Positions 9,920 to 19,263 are shown, counted from the first letter of the stretch. The stretch is 64,000 bases of DNA from an uncultured Mariniphaga sp. (GCA_964540165.1 CAZILU010000002.1:1790-65789); one strand, 5' to 3'. Numbers and translations: made by a program. The notes: generated by a model not told the origin, from the sequence alone.

Positions 9920-11434
9920 CTATTTTTTCGCTTTGAGCAGCTTGTACTTCGACAGCTCCTCATCCATCAGACGGTTCATGCCGGCCACGGTTTTATCGTA
10001 CCTCTTTTTGGTGGCCAGGTTTACTTTCGCGGTTTTCGATTTGGAGTGGTCGTATAGTTCAACGGCCATCACTTCGTTGGGATTCTCATACATCTGCCAG
10101 CGGGTAAACCGGTATTTACCGGTACGGATGCTGTATCCCATCAGTTCGTTTTTATGGTCGTAGCCAAGCGAGCGGCCGCGGGGGTACTGGCTGATGGCTA
10201 CTCTATTCACTTCGGCCTGGGGATTTTGGATGACCGGGAGCAGGCTTTGCCCCTCCAGATGGGCCGGTTTTTCCAGGGTTGCCAGGTCGCAGAGGGTTGG
10301 GTAGATGCCGACAAATTCGGCTAATGACCGGGTCTTCATTCCCTGCTTCATCCAGGGAACGGAGAAGATGAGGGGGGCGTTGGTGTCCATCTCCATATTG
10401 GTGTGTTTGCACCACCCGCCGTAGTCTCCCAGCTTCCACCCATGATCGCCCCAAAGTACGATGATGGTGTTATCGGTCAATCCGTTTGCTTCCAGAGCGT
10501 CGAGCAGTTTGCCCACCTGGGCGTCGATCATGCTGACTGCCGCGTAGTAGCCGTGGATCAGGTTCCGGCTGGTCTCGTCGTCTAAGGGCCCTTCGGCCGG
10601 AATGCCATGGTATTTACGCAGCTCGCCAAAGGTGTGCAGGGCCGGTTCGGGCATGCCTTCCGGGACCTTTCGTTCGGGAATTTTTATCTGTTGCGGATCG
10701 TAGAGATCCCAGTACTTTTTGGGTGATACAAAAGGGAGGTGAGGCTTGGCGAATCCCACTGCCAGGAAGAAGGCGGAGTCTTTCAGCGCGGCAATGCGCT
10801 CCACGGCGTGGTCGGCAACCATCGCATCACTCATATGCTCCTCTGGTTCCCGGGAACAGTACCAGGGTAGCTTCAGCCCGTTGATTGTCGGGAAATCCTG
10901 CTCCAGCCCCAGCGTGTCGCCGCGACTGATCTTCTCCAGCAGGCCTGATTTCTCTTTTATGTTCCACTTGGGGATGGACCAGGAGCGCTGATCATCGACA
11001 TTCCCGTGGCCCGTATGGTAGATCTTACCCATACCTTCGGTACGGTATCCGTGGATTTTGAAGTGCTGTGGCAGCGTAATCACATCGGGTACTTTTTTCC
11101 GGAAGAAGGTCTGCAGATCGTAGATTCCCAAAGCATCGGGCCGTAGTCCTGTCAGCAGGCTGTTGCGTGAAGGGGCACATACGGCCTGCTGGCAGTAGGC
11201 CCGCTCGAAGAGGATGCCCCGCGCTGCCAGGCGGTCGATGTTGGGCGTGTGCAGATGCTTCTCACCGTAGCAGTTAAGCTCAGTGCGCAGGTCATCGACG
11301 GCGATAAACAGAACGTTTGGCTTTTTGGGCGCATCTGCCGGCGCACCGGCCACGGTCATGGCCAGCGGGAGGCTTACCATGGTAATGGCCAGGCCCCGGA
11401 TGCTTTGAAATGGGAGACGAATCAGTGTTTTCAT
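9920..11434 (-). CDS. Sulfatase, S1 family (iduronate-2-sulfatase-like)
   Basis: PNVLFIAVDDL, CAPSRNS, GKIYH, KPHLPF, WGDHG. Confidence 0.95.
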   Translation of the reverse strand: MKTLIRLPFQSIRGLAITMVSLPLAMTVAGAPADAPKKPNVLFIAVDDLRTELNCYGEKHLHTPNIDRLAARGILFERAYCQQAVCAPSRNSLLTGLRPDALGIYDLQTFFRKKVPDVITLPQHFKIHGYRTEGMGKIYHTGHGNVDDQRSWSIPKWNIKEKSGLLEKISRGDTLGLEQDFPTINGLKLPWYCSREPEEHMSDAMVADHAVERIAALKDSAFFLAVGFAKPHLPFVSPKKYWDLYDPQQIKIPERKVPEGMPEPALHTFGELRKYHGIPAEGPLDDETSRNLIHGYYAAVSMIDAQVGKLLDALEANGLTDNTIIVLWGDHGWKLGDYGGWCKHTNMEMDTNAPLIFSVPWMKQGMKTRSLAEFVGIYPTLCDLATLEKPAHLEGQSLLPVIQNPQAEVNRVAISQYPRGRSLGYDHKNELMGYSIRTGKYRFTRWQMYENPNEVMAVELYDHSKSKTAKVNLATKKRYDKTVAGMNRLMDEELSKYKLLKAKK

Positions 11435-11565
11435 TGAAAATATATTTGCGTCGTTAAGATTAATCCTTTTGATATTGAGTCCGGTGCTTGTTGCTTGTCA
11501 CTGCAGGCAAGGAGCGCCAGCGATAATCCTGCCGGGATCAGCGCCTGCCGCAGGATCTTTTTCAT
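11431..11565 (-). CDS. 44-aa small lipoprotein or lipoprotein gene stub (absent from the ORF track)
   Basis: Hand translation gives MKKILRQALIPAGLSLALLACSDKQQAPDSISKGLILTTQIYFQ*; LLAC lipobox; TGA overlaps the sulfatase ATG (ATGA). Confidence 0.6.
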   Translation of the reverse strand: MKKILRQALIPAGLSLALLACSDKQQAPDSISKGLILTTQIYFQ

Positions 11566-11959
11566 GGATCGGGTTCTGTTCGATTGCTTCATACCATTGG
11601 TATATTAGGTTTTTTTTAAGTGACGTACACACATGCCTTGCATGCTGCCAATTCAAAGAGCTAAAAGTAAAAAAAAATGCAGACTCCGATCTTTTTTCCT
11701 GGATCATTTTACATCGGTTTATCAGGGTTTGTTTTTCGGCGGCCAGCGGAACTGCCATCCTTTTAACCATTCCTGCCGGTGTCAGGAATCGTCATGCTCG
11801 TTTCATCCGGATCATTTGTGTAAAACACGATCCATGTCGCTTAATCCCTCGCGACGGGTATCGCGCCGGATGATCTGCGGTTTTCTGAAATAATGGTTGC
11901 GTGTGGATGAAAAAAGAATTTTATTATCTTGCTGCCAAATCCAACCAAATGATAATCTT

Positions 11960-12685
11960 ATGAGAAAAAATCAGTGGCCTGTTATTCCCTTTTTGTTTCT
12001 ATTCTTTCTATTTTCATGTGTACTGGAAGAGACCGAAGATCCGGATCCGATTGATCAGGAATCGATCAGCGCCAAATGGGTGGTTTCCGGTACCAGCGAC
12101 CTGTATGAATCGTTCGAGTTTTTTGAAGACAATCACTACCTGATTGTGATGAAGCAACCCCTTAAGTCATCGGAACAGCAGGTTCAACTGATTGGCACCT
12201 ATGAAATTGTTGATATGCGAAAGGTTCGGTTGGCTGACTTTGGAACCATCTCTTTCCGGTTTGTGGATGGTAAAGATGCCGTGTTGGAGGTAAAACCTGA
12301 CAACGGAGCCGGGGTATCGGTCGACGTGTATAAAGCGGAAAAGATTTCGGAAAGCGGTCAAACAAAAAACCTGTGCCGGATATGGAAAAGGGAACCTTTT
12401 GGAAACGACTCTTTTTTGAAAGGTTATGAAGTGAAGATTCTGTTCTCCAATGCAGGCACCTATTTTTATTCGCTGAAGGATCCGGAGGATAACCGGATGG
12501 GAGCCCTCAATTTTTGGAAGTGGAAAGATGCAGAGGAGTCCACCATCTGCTACTCAACCACCAGTAAGGTGCTCTGCGACGGAGAGGATGAATTTGAAAT
12601 TGTTGAGCTGAAATCGAATATTTTGAAGGTGAGGCACCCCGATGGGCTGGTGGAGTCTTATTATCCCGACTACTCTTTATATTGA
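11960..12685 (+). CDS. Hypothetical lipoprotein, possibly two lipocalin-like beta domains
   Basis: FLFSC lipobox followed by acidic residues; SAKWVVSG and CRIWKRE strand-start motifs. Confidence 0.65.
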   Translation: MRKNQWPVIPFLFLFFLFSCVLEETEDPDPIDQESISAKWVVSGTSDLYESFEFFEDNHYLIVMKQPLKSSEQQVQLIGTYEIVDMRKVRLADFGTISFRFVDGKDAVLEVKPDNGAGVSVDVYKAEKISESGQTKNLCRIWKREPFGNDSFLKGYEVKILFSNAGTYFYSLKDPEDNRMGALNFWKWKDAEESTICYSTTSKVLCDGEDEFEIVELKSNILKVRHPDGLVESYYPDYSLY

Positions 12686-12695
12686 GCAGTCCGTG

Positions 12696-12992
12696 GTTCA
12701 GGTGACTGCCCGACAGGCGAAGGGGACTTTCGATCGTAACCTTTCCGGGCGTTTCGGCAGCGATTACTACCGGATGGCCGGACCGGCCGGTCGCCGAAAG
12801 ATCGGTCCGCTCCCCACGGTAAACGCCATCGGCTAAAAAGATCGTATCTCCCGGAAGGGCTCTCCCCGCCGCCTCCTGCATAGCGGTTACTGTGTTTACC
12901 CGTATCGGCCGGTTGTTCCCAGGAGTGACCAACGAAATGAGGATTAAGAGCAGCAGCAGCAGGGGCGTGGTTTTTTTTGATGAAAGGTTCAT
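12696..12992 (-). pseudogene. Truncated chondroitinase B/PL6-like beta-helix lyase (N-terminal ~98 aa only)
   Basis: Signal peptide, then ALPGDTIFLADGVY and GHPVVIAAETPGKVTI typical of PL6 N-termini; resemblance ends at SGSHL and the frame runs antisense into the neighbouring gene. Confidence 0.7.
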
Positions 12993-13252
12993 TCTGGAAT
13001 GGTTTTACATAGTAATATGAGCGAAAACTGTTTATGACAAATTTAACGTTGCAAATTAAGTAAGATTTTTAAATCTGACCTGAAGAATTAAAAAAAGTGA
13101 TGAGACGGTGACCCGGAATCCCGAATCCGTCTATTTTTGAGATTCGAAACAATGTTTTAGACTTTTTGGGTGTTTTATCATATTTCAAATCCTTAATTAT
13201 TGTGAAATATGCATCTGAATCAACTCATGAATATCGAAATAAATTGAAAGTG

Positions 13253-14155
13253 ATGGTGGATAAGAGAGAGGTTTTGATTTTCTGTTTTCTTCTGTTTGCG
13301 TTAAAACTATTTGCTGCCGTGGGCGATAGCACAACCATTGAAAAGAGCCTTGCACTCCGGGAAGACATAGTTTTTTTCGGTGGATTTGAAGAGAGTTACA
13401 ACGATGATGCCTGGAAAAGTCGCTGGGGCATTCCCTGGGCTAACCGGTCAGATGAAAACGAAGTTGTACCAAATGGATTTCAGGGAGGGAATTCATTGCG
13501 GGTCAGTTATCCAAAAGGTGGCCTTGGCCCGCGTGAAACCGGGGGCCAGATTATGATGGTTTTCAGAAACATGGAGGGTCTGTCTGAAGGCCTGTCTGAA
13601 GGCCTGTACCAGGAGTTGTATCTGCGTTATTATGTGATGTTTGAAGAGGATTTTGATTTCAACAAGGGAGGAAAGCTTCCCGGGCTGATGGGTGGTGGTG
13701 ATTCCTGGAAACGATCGGGTGGTAACCAGCCCGATGGAACCAATGGCTGGACGCTTCGGTTTATGTGGGGAAGAGAGGGAAAACTGATTGTTTATGCCTA
13801 CATCCCAAAAAGCAAAAACGGCAAATGGGGTAACGATACCTGGGGACAAAGCATCAACGGTAACTTTTCAGCCAAACCGGGCCAATGGCACTGCATTGAG
13901 CAATACGTGAATGTAGGAACGCCGGGCAAGGACGATGGCAGGTTAACGGTCTGGATCGATGGCGAGGAGCGGGTGAACATTGATGACATGCGTTTTTGGG
14001 ATGTAGAGAATGAATATGGTTTAATCGGCGGAATATGCTTCTCCACGTTTCACGGTGGAAACACGAGAGACTGGGCCCCTCGCAGAGACTCTTATGCCCG
14101 ATTCGACGGATTTGTTGCGGCAAAGAGACGGGTGGGTGTTTTTAAAACTGAATGA
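13253..14155 (+). CDS. Secreted polysaccharide lyase, PL14-like
   Basis: LRVSYPKG, FDFNKGGKLPGLMGG, GWTLRFMW, FSTFHGG motifs; signal peptide from ATG 13253. Confidence 0.8.
   Translation: MVDKREVLIFCFLLFALKLFAAVGDSTTIEKSLALREDIVFFGGFEESYNDDAWKSRWGIPWANRSDENEVVPNGFQGGNSLRVSYPKGGLGPRETGGQIMMVFRNMEGLSEGLSEGLYQELYLRYYVMFEEDFDFNKGGKLPGLMGGGDSWKRSGGNQPDGTNGWTLRFMWGREGKLIVYAYIPKSKNGKWGNDTWGQSINGNFSAKPGQWHCIEQYVNVGTPGKDDGRLTVWIDGEERVNIDDMRFWDVENEYGLIGGICFSTFHGGNTRDWAPRRDSYARFDGFVAAKRRVGVFKTE
13580..13607 (+). repeat. 12-bp in-frame tandem duplication (CTGTCTGAAGGC x2.3)
   Basis: Exact repeat encoding EGLSEGLSEGLY. Confidence 0.9.
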
Positions 14156-14273
14156 CTTAACCCGCCGCAACAGTTACGGGTGTGGGTCGTTGAAAAGGCA
14201 GGTGTTTTAAAAATAGAATGATTTAACTTAAAAGAGTGGCTTCGGGCCACCACTTGAATGAAAAGCAGCTTTT

Positions 14274-15149
14274 TTAGCTGATCCTTTTTTTCTTCCGGTA
14301 GGCCAACGGCGTGGTACCGGTGATTGTCCGGAAGGTTTTGTTGAAACCGGAGATATTCCCGAAGCCACAGGAGAAGGCAACCTGCTGCACATTCAGGTCG
14401 GTTTCGAGCAGGTGCTGGCAGGCCTTGCCGATCCGCACCTCCTGGATCACCCGGAAGAGGCTTTTGCGCGTCCCTTTTTTGAAGAAGCGGCAGAAGGCAT
14501 TTTTATTCATATTGACCAGCGCGGCCACCGTTTCAAGGGTGATCTCCTCCTGGTAGTGCTCCATAAGATAGTCTAACACCACATTCACCCGGTGTGTGTT
14601 TGCCTGCTTCTCCTTCCGGTAGGAGATACTGGCCAGCATCCGGTACTCTTTCGACCGGCTGATGAGGTTGAGGATGTTCAGCAGGGCAATAAACCGGCTG
14701 GTATCATCCATTTTGGGAAGCTTTACCATATTTTGATGAATCCTGTTTCTCAGCTTGCCGCTGAGCTTAATCCCAAAGGGGGCGACCTCCCGGATGAGGT
14801 GGTTGATCCGGCTCATCTCCGGCCGCTCCAAAAAGTCCCTGCCGGCAAAGTCGGGGAGAAACTTGACAACCAGGGCCTGGGCTTTCACCGGTGAATCTTT
14901 CTGCAGGAAGAGTGCATCGTTTTTCCATACATGGGGCAGGTTGCTGCCTACCAGCACCAGGTCGCCCGGACCGAAATTCTCGATGCTGTCACCCACCTGT
15001 CGCTGTCCAAAACTCTTCAAAACCAGGGTTAACTCCAGCTCGGGGTGGTAGTGCCACGGATTGTAGAAATAGTCGTATTCCCCTCCGTCGAACTCTACCG
15101 ATTGGTTTAAACTTCCCCGTTCCCGGACCAAAATTGGTTTTAACATCAT
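14274..15149 (-). CDS. AraC family transcriptional regulator (cupin + HTH)
   Basis: WHYHPELEL cupin motif; C-terminal AFCRFFKK and VAFSCGFGNISGFNKTF; start set at ATG 15149. Confidence 0.95.
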   Translation of the reverse strand: MMLKPILVRERGSLNQSVEFDGGEYDYFYNPWHYHPELELTLVLKSFGQRQVGDSIENFGPGDLVLVGSNLPHVWKNDALFLQKDSPVKAQALVVKFLPDFAGRDFLERPEMSRINHLIREVAPFGIKLSGKLRNRIHQNMVKLPKMDDTSRFIALLNILNLISRSKEYRMLASISYRKEKQANTHRVNVVLDYLMEHYQEEITLETVAALVNMNKNAFCRFFKKGTRKSLFRVIQEVRIGKACQHLLETDLNVQQVAFSCGFGNISGFNKTFRTITGTTPLAYRKKKRIS

Positions 15150-15162
15150 AAAATCAAAATAA

Positions 15163-15204
15163 TTGGCTAATATCGTACAAATATTTGCTAATATCTTAAA
15201 AAAT
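15163..15204 (+). promoter_or_regulatory. Candidate AraC operator, direct repeat with 21-bp period
   Basis: GCTAATATC at 15166 and 15187 in the 100-bp gap between the divergent araC and the catabolic operon. Confidence 0.55.
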
Positions 15205-15249
15205 ATTGAAGGAATAATCCTCAACTTTGTAAATATTAACTTTTTGACT

Positions 15250-15942
15250 ATGGCATTTTGGAACGATGATGAGGAGCTGTTCGGACTGGCGAAGCGGGAG
15301 TTGTTTACAGCGCTGGTGGGTGATGTACTGGACAAGATGGGATTGCTTCATCAGTTTCTGCCGGCCGGGATCAAGCCGCTGCGCAGCGATATGGTGGTGA
15401 TTGGCCGGGCGATGCCGGTACTGGAGGCCGATGTTTTTGGCGAGGCTGTGGAGGGCACCCGCAATCCGCTGATGAAGCAGCCGTTTGGGATGATGTTTGA
15501 AGCGCTGGACGATCTGAAGGCGGGTGAGGTCTATATCTGCCACGGAGCCTCTCCCCGCTATGCCCTTTGGGGCGGGCTGATGTCGACCCGGGCGCTGTGG
15601 CTGAAGGCTGCCGGTGCCGTGGTCGATGGCTACTCACGTGACACGAATGAGATCTTGCGCCTTGACTTCCCCACGTTCTCCCTGGGCAGCTATGCCCAGG
15701 ACCAGGGGCCGCGGGGGAAGGTGGTCGATTTCAGGATCCCCGTCGAGTGGGGCGGTGTTCGCATTGAACCGGGCGATATCATCTATGGCGATCGCGATGG
15801 CGTGGTGGTGGTTCCCCGGAGTGCGGTGCGGGATGCTTTTGCCGGGGCCCTGGAGAAAGCCCGCGGGGAGAAGCTGGTGCTCAAAGCGCTTCAAAACGGC
15901 TTGAGCAGCGTGGAGGCTTTTCGTAACTTTGGCATTATGTAA
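15250..15942 (+). CDS. RraA family / HMG-CHA aldolase-like protein
   Basis: TALVGDVLD, ALWGGLMS, AVVDGYSRD, PGDIIYGDRDGVVVVP. Confidence 0.9.
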   Translation: MAFWNDDEELFGLAKRELFTALVGDVLDKMGLLHQFLPAGIKPLRSDMVVIGRAMPVLEADVFGEAVEGTRNPLMKQPFGMMFEALDDLKAGEVYICHGASPRYALWGGLMSTRALWLKAAGAVVDGYSRDTNEILRLDFPTFSLGSYAQDQGPRGKVVDFRIPVEWGGVRIEPGDIIYGDRDGVVVVPRSAVRDAFAGALEKARGEKLVLKALQNGLSSVEAFRNFGIM

Positions 15943-15957
15943 CTTAATTCTAATAAG

Positions 15958-17136
15958 ATGAAGCTGATTATTACCGGAATTTTTTTGATTTTTTGCCTGA
16001 TGGCCGGCTCCCGGCCGCCGATGGACCCGTCGTCGGTGAAGGAGGCTATGGAGCGGGCAAACCGCTACCGGCTGGAGAATCCCTGGAAGGTGTTCGATAA
16101 CAACTGGATCCGCGGAACCTGGTACACGGGCGTGATGGCCTGCTACCAGGCTACCGGCGACCGGTCCTTTTTAGCGCAGTGCAATGCCTTAGGCGATGCC
16201 ATGAAGTGGGAAACACCCACCCTCACGCCGGTGCACAACGCCAGCGGAGTGAACCTGCTCACCCTGGGACAGACCTGGCTGGAGAGCTATATGGTGAAGA
16301 GAAAGCGCTACAAGATTGAACCGGTTATCCGCAACCTGGAGGATCCCGCCGGCAGAAATCCGGTCTCCAATCCGTTAGCGTGGTACTTCGAGGGGGGCAG
16401 GCGCTATGTCGACGGGCTATTTACCGGTCCGCCCGCCCTGGCCATGCTCTACCATATTACCCGCGATGAGAAGTACCTGCAATGGATGGATGCCTGTTTC
16501 TGGGATGTTTACGGGAAGCTTTACGATCGCGAAGAGGGACTCTTCTACCGGGATATCCGCTGGATACCCGGATATGACGGAGACCCCGGCAGCTACCTGC
16601 GGCCCGATTCAATCCCCTATGAGGAGGCACGAAAATCGTACGTCTATCAAGCCACCAAAGCGGGGAATAAGGTGATCTGGTCGAGGGGCAACGGATGGGC
16701 AATGGCCGGCGTGGCGCGGATCCTGAAGTACCTGCCGGAAAAGCACGGCAACTACGACCGGTACATCGCGCTCTTCAGGCGGATGGCGGCCGAACTGAAA
16801 GATCGCCAGCAACCCGACGGATTCTGGTACCCGAACCTGGCCGACCCGAACGACTACGGGACACCGGAGAGCAGCGGCACCGGCTTCTTTACCTATGCGC
16901 TGGCCTGGGGCATCAACAACGGAATACTGGCACGGGAAGATTACTACCCCGTGGTGGAGAGCGCATGGAGAGCCCTCTACGATGCCTTAGATGCGGAGGG
17001 AAAGGTGCGTTGGGGACAACTGGTCGGCGCCGCTCCATATAAGATATTGGAGGAGGATTCCCATGAGTTTGTCACGGGGACCTTCCTGTTAGCCGCCAGT
17101 GAAGTGTACCGCCTGGTATCTGCATCGCCCCGCTGA
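15958..17136 (+). CDS. GH105/GH88 unsaturated glycuronyl hydrolase
   Basis: YVDGLFTGPP, WSRGNGWAMAG, ESSGTGFFTYALAWG; signal peptide. Confidence 0.9.
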   Translation: MKLIITGIFLIFCLMAGSRPPMDPSSVKEAMERANRYRLENPWKVFDNNWIRGTWYTGVMACYQATGDRSFLAQCNALGDAMKWETPTLTPVHNASGVNLLTLGQTWLESYMVKRKRYKIEPVIRNLEDPAGRNPVSNPLAWYFEGGRRYVDGLFTGPPALAMLYHITRDEKYLQWMDACFWDVYGKLYDREEGLFYRDIRWIPGYDGDPGSYLRPDSIPYEEARKSYVYQATKAGNKVIWSRGNGWAMAGVARILKYLPEKHGNYDRYIALFRRMAAELKDRQQPDGFWYPNLADPNDYGTPESSGTGFFTYALAWGINNGILAREDYYPVVESAWRALYDALDAEGKVRWGQLVGAAPYKILEEDSHEFVTGTFLLAASEVYRLVSASPR

Positions 17137-17409
17137 CGAAGAGTGGCTGATGTTCGGGGCTCCCTGGTTACCATAGTGATGCCATCGTACAGACGGATGA
17201 CCGGCAAACATGACTGGCAGGGCACGGATGCAGTGAAACCGGTGGCAGACAATCTTAAATGCCAGGGTATGGCCGCAGTGAAACCAGGTGGCCGGGAACT
17301 TTTACTGCCAGGGTGTTGTTGCCGCGTAGCCGTGGTTAGCGGTTAAGCAGGAGTGTCGGGGTATTTCTTTGATGTTGAGATGATTAATAATTGTAAAACA
17401 TCTATCGTT

Positions 17410-18102
17410 ATGCGTTTTAACCGGTTTCAGATGACTCTCTTTCTATTTTTGTTGTCAGGATTCCTGCCGTTTGCGGGATGTACATCCGGTAAGCTCAATT
17501 TTGAAGGGGCTGAACGCATTGTTCAGGGCATTCAGCCAACGGATTTTCCGGCCGATACGTTTCGCGTGACCGCCTTTGGGGCGATTGGCGACGGGATGGC
17601 CGACGACCGCCGGGCGATCCTCGATGCCATCGACGCCTGCTCTGAAAGCGGAGGCGGTGTGGTGCTGTTAACCCGGGGGAGCTTCTTCAGCAGAGGCCCC
17701 ATCTCGCTGAAGAGCCATGTAAATCTCCACCTGGCCAGCGGGGCTACCCTCCGGTTCAGTGCCGAACCGGCCGATTTCCTGCCGCCGGTATTTACCCGGT
17801 GGGAGGGCGTTGAGATCTTTAACTACTCACCCATGATCTACTTCACCAACAGCTACCACAGCTACCGGGGCGGCAATGCACCGACCGCGTTTCACCATAT
17901 TTTTCTGGAGAATATCCGGTGCAACTTTGCAGCGAATGTGATTCAGCTGCAGGGCCTGGAGGAGATGCCGCTGCACGATATCTATATCGACGGGGTGACG
18001 GTTCAGCAGGCTGACCGGATATTCAGTAAAAAGGAGTTCTTCCACGATGTTTTCCTGAAGGAGGTGTATGTGACCGGATCAAGAATTGAAATAACAGAAT
18101 AG
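17410..18102 (+). pseudogene. GH28 polygalacturonase-like lipoprotein with an in-frame deletion of the catalytic core
   Basis: GH28 N-terminus (FGAIGDG...LKSHVNLHL...TRWEGVEIFNYSPMIY) joined directly to the C-terminus (FTNSYHSYRGG...); catalytic NxD/GDD/IK segments absent; about 230 aa. Confidence 0.75.
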
Positions 18103-18117
18103 CGTTATGTTTAAAAT

Positions 18118-19251
18118 ATGAGTAAAAAAGTATTTGACCTGGCAAAGAGCGATGCCCAGGCTACCCGGGTGGAACCGTTGAAGGTACGCGATTTTAATAT
18201 CGAGGGTTACCACGACTATACCGCGGAGCTTACCAGCCGGTGCCGGAATTTTCAGTTGTCGGGATCGGGGGTTTTGGTTTATCGCCGCATGCGGGTGGCC
18301 GAGGTCTTTTCCTTTGGATGCCGCGATATGAAGCAGTCGCTCGAGTGGCAGTTAGGCGCTCTTCAGAAGAGCATGGATTATGAAGCCGATGTTCCCAATT
18401 TTCTGGAGCCGTGGTACGGGATCGGCGTTATTGGTGCCGCTTTCGGCCTCGAATATATCTGGAACCCCGGGCAGGCGCCGGCGGTGAAACCGGCGTTTCA
18501 AACGATCGATGAGGCGCTGGCGTTTGACTATAGGCCGGTGAAGGAGACCGCCGTGGGGCGGCACTCCCTGGCGATAATCGAGTACTTCCTCGACCAGACC
18601 AAAGGGAAGGTGCCCATGTCGATGGGCGATATCCAGTCGCCTTTCAACAATGCCACCTACGTGGTGGATACCAGTAATTTCCTGATATCAATGATCCTGG
18701 AGCCGGAGAAGGTGCTGGCGTTTCTGGACCTGTTGGCGGATCTGGAGATCGACTTCTACCGTGAGCAGGAGCGGCTGATCGGGGATGCCCTCGTGCGTCC
18801 CGGTCACGGCTTTGCATCTTCTCATGTTTTTAAGGGATTCGGGATGAGCGACGATAACGTGGTGATGGTGGATGAGGAGAGCTATCTGAATTATGTGAGG
18901 CCCTCGTTTGTGAAGCTGGGTAGCGCCTTTGGCGGACCCGTGCACCACTCGTGCGGGAACTTCTCCGACAAGACGCGGATGTTGCTGAAGTTAGAGGGAC
19001 TGAAGATGTCCGATGCTGCTTTTACGCCCGAGACCGACCCCGCTCCCAATCTGCCGGCCCCTTTTGCCGATACCCTGGCCGGCACCGGAATCGTACTCAA
19101 TGCCCGCATGGTGGGCGATCCTGCCGTAGTGGAGGAGACCACCCGCGCGCTTTGGCGACCCAACCTGAAACTGCTGGCCGTTACCTACTCTTCCACACCG
19201 GAGGAGCAGCGGGAGGCCTACCATATCATTCATTCCATCTGTAACCAATAA
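18118..19251 (+). CDS. UroD/MtaA-fold protein (not HemE)
   Basis: MGDIQSPFNNA, MSDDNVVMV, HHSCGN; lacks the HemE RQAGR motif. Confidence 0.75.
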   Translation: MSKKVFDLAKSDAQATRVEPLKVRDFNIEGYHDYTAELTSRCRNFQLSGSGVLVYRRMRVAEVFSFGCRDMKQSLEWQLGALQKSMDYEADVPNFLEPWYGIGVIGAAFGLEYIWNPGQAPAVKPAFQTIDEALAFDYRPVKETAVGRHSLAIIEYFLDQTKGKVPMSMGDIQSPFNNATYVVDTSNFLISMILEPEKVLAFLDLLADLEIDFYREQERLIGDALVRPGHGFASSHVFKGFGMSDDNVVMVDEESYLNYVRPSFVKLGSAFGGPVHHSCGNFSDKTRMLLKLEGLKMSDAAFTPETDPAPNLPAPFADTLAGTGIVLNARMVGDPAVVEETTRALWRPNLKLLAVTYSSTPEEQREAYHIIHSICNQ

Positions 19252-19263
19252 TAAGCTTTACCT

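Noticed and set aside
14274-15335. Extended ORF-track starts for araC (15335) and the RraA gene (15163)
   Set aside because: They would overlap head to head across the shared promoter; family-like sequence begins at 15149 and 15250.
18118-19251. hemE / heme biosynthesis (also 30427-31461)
   Set aside because: The RQAGR signature is absent and there are no hem genes nearby.
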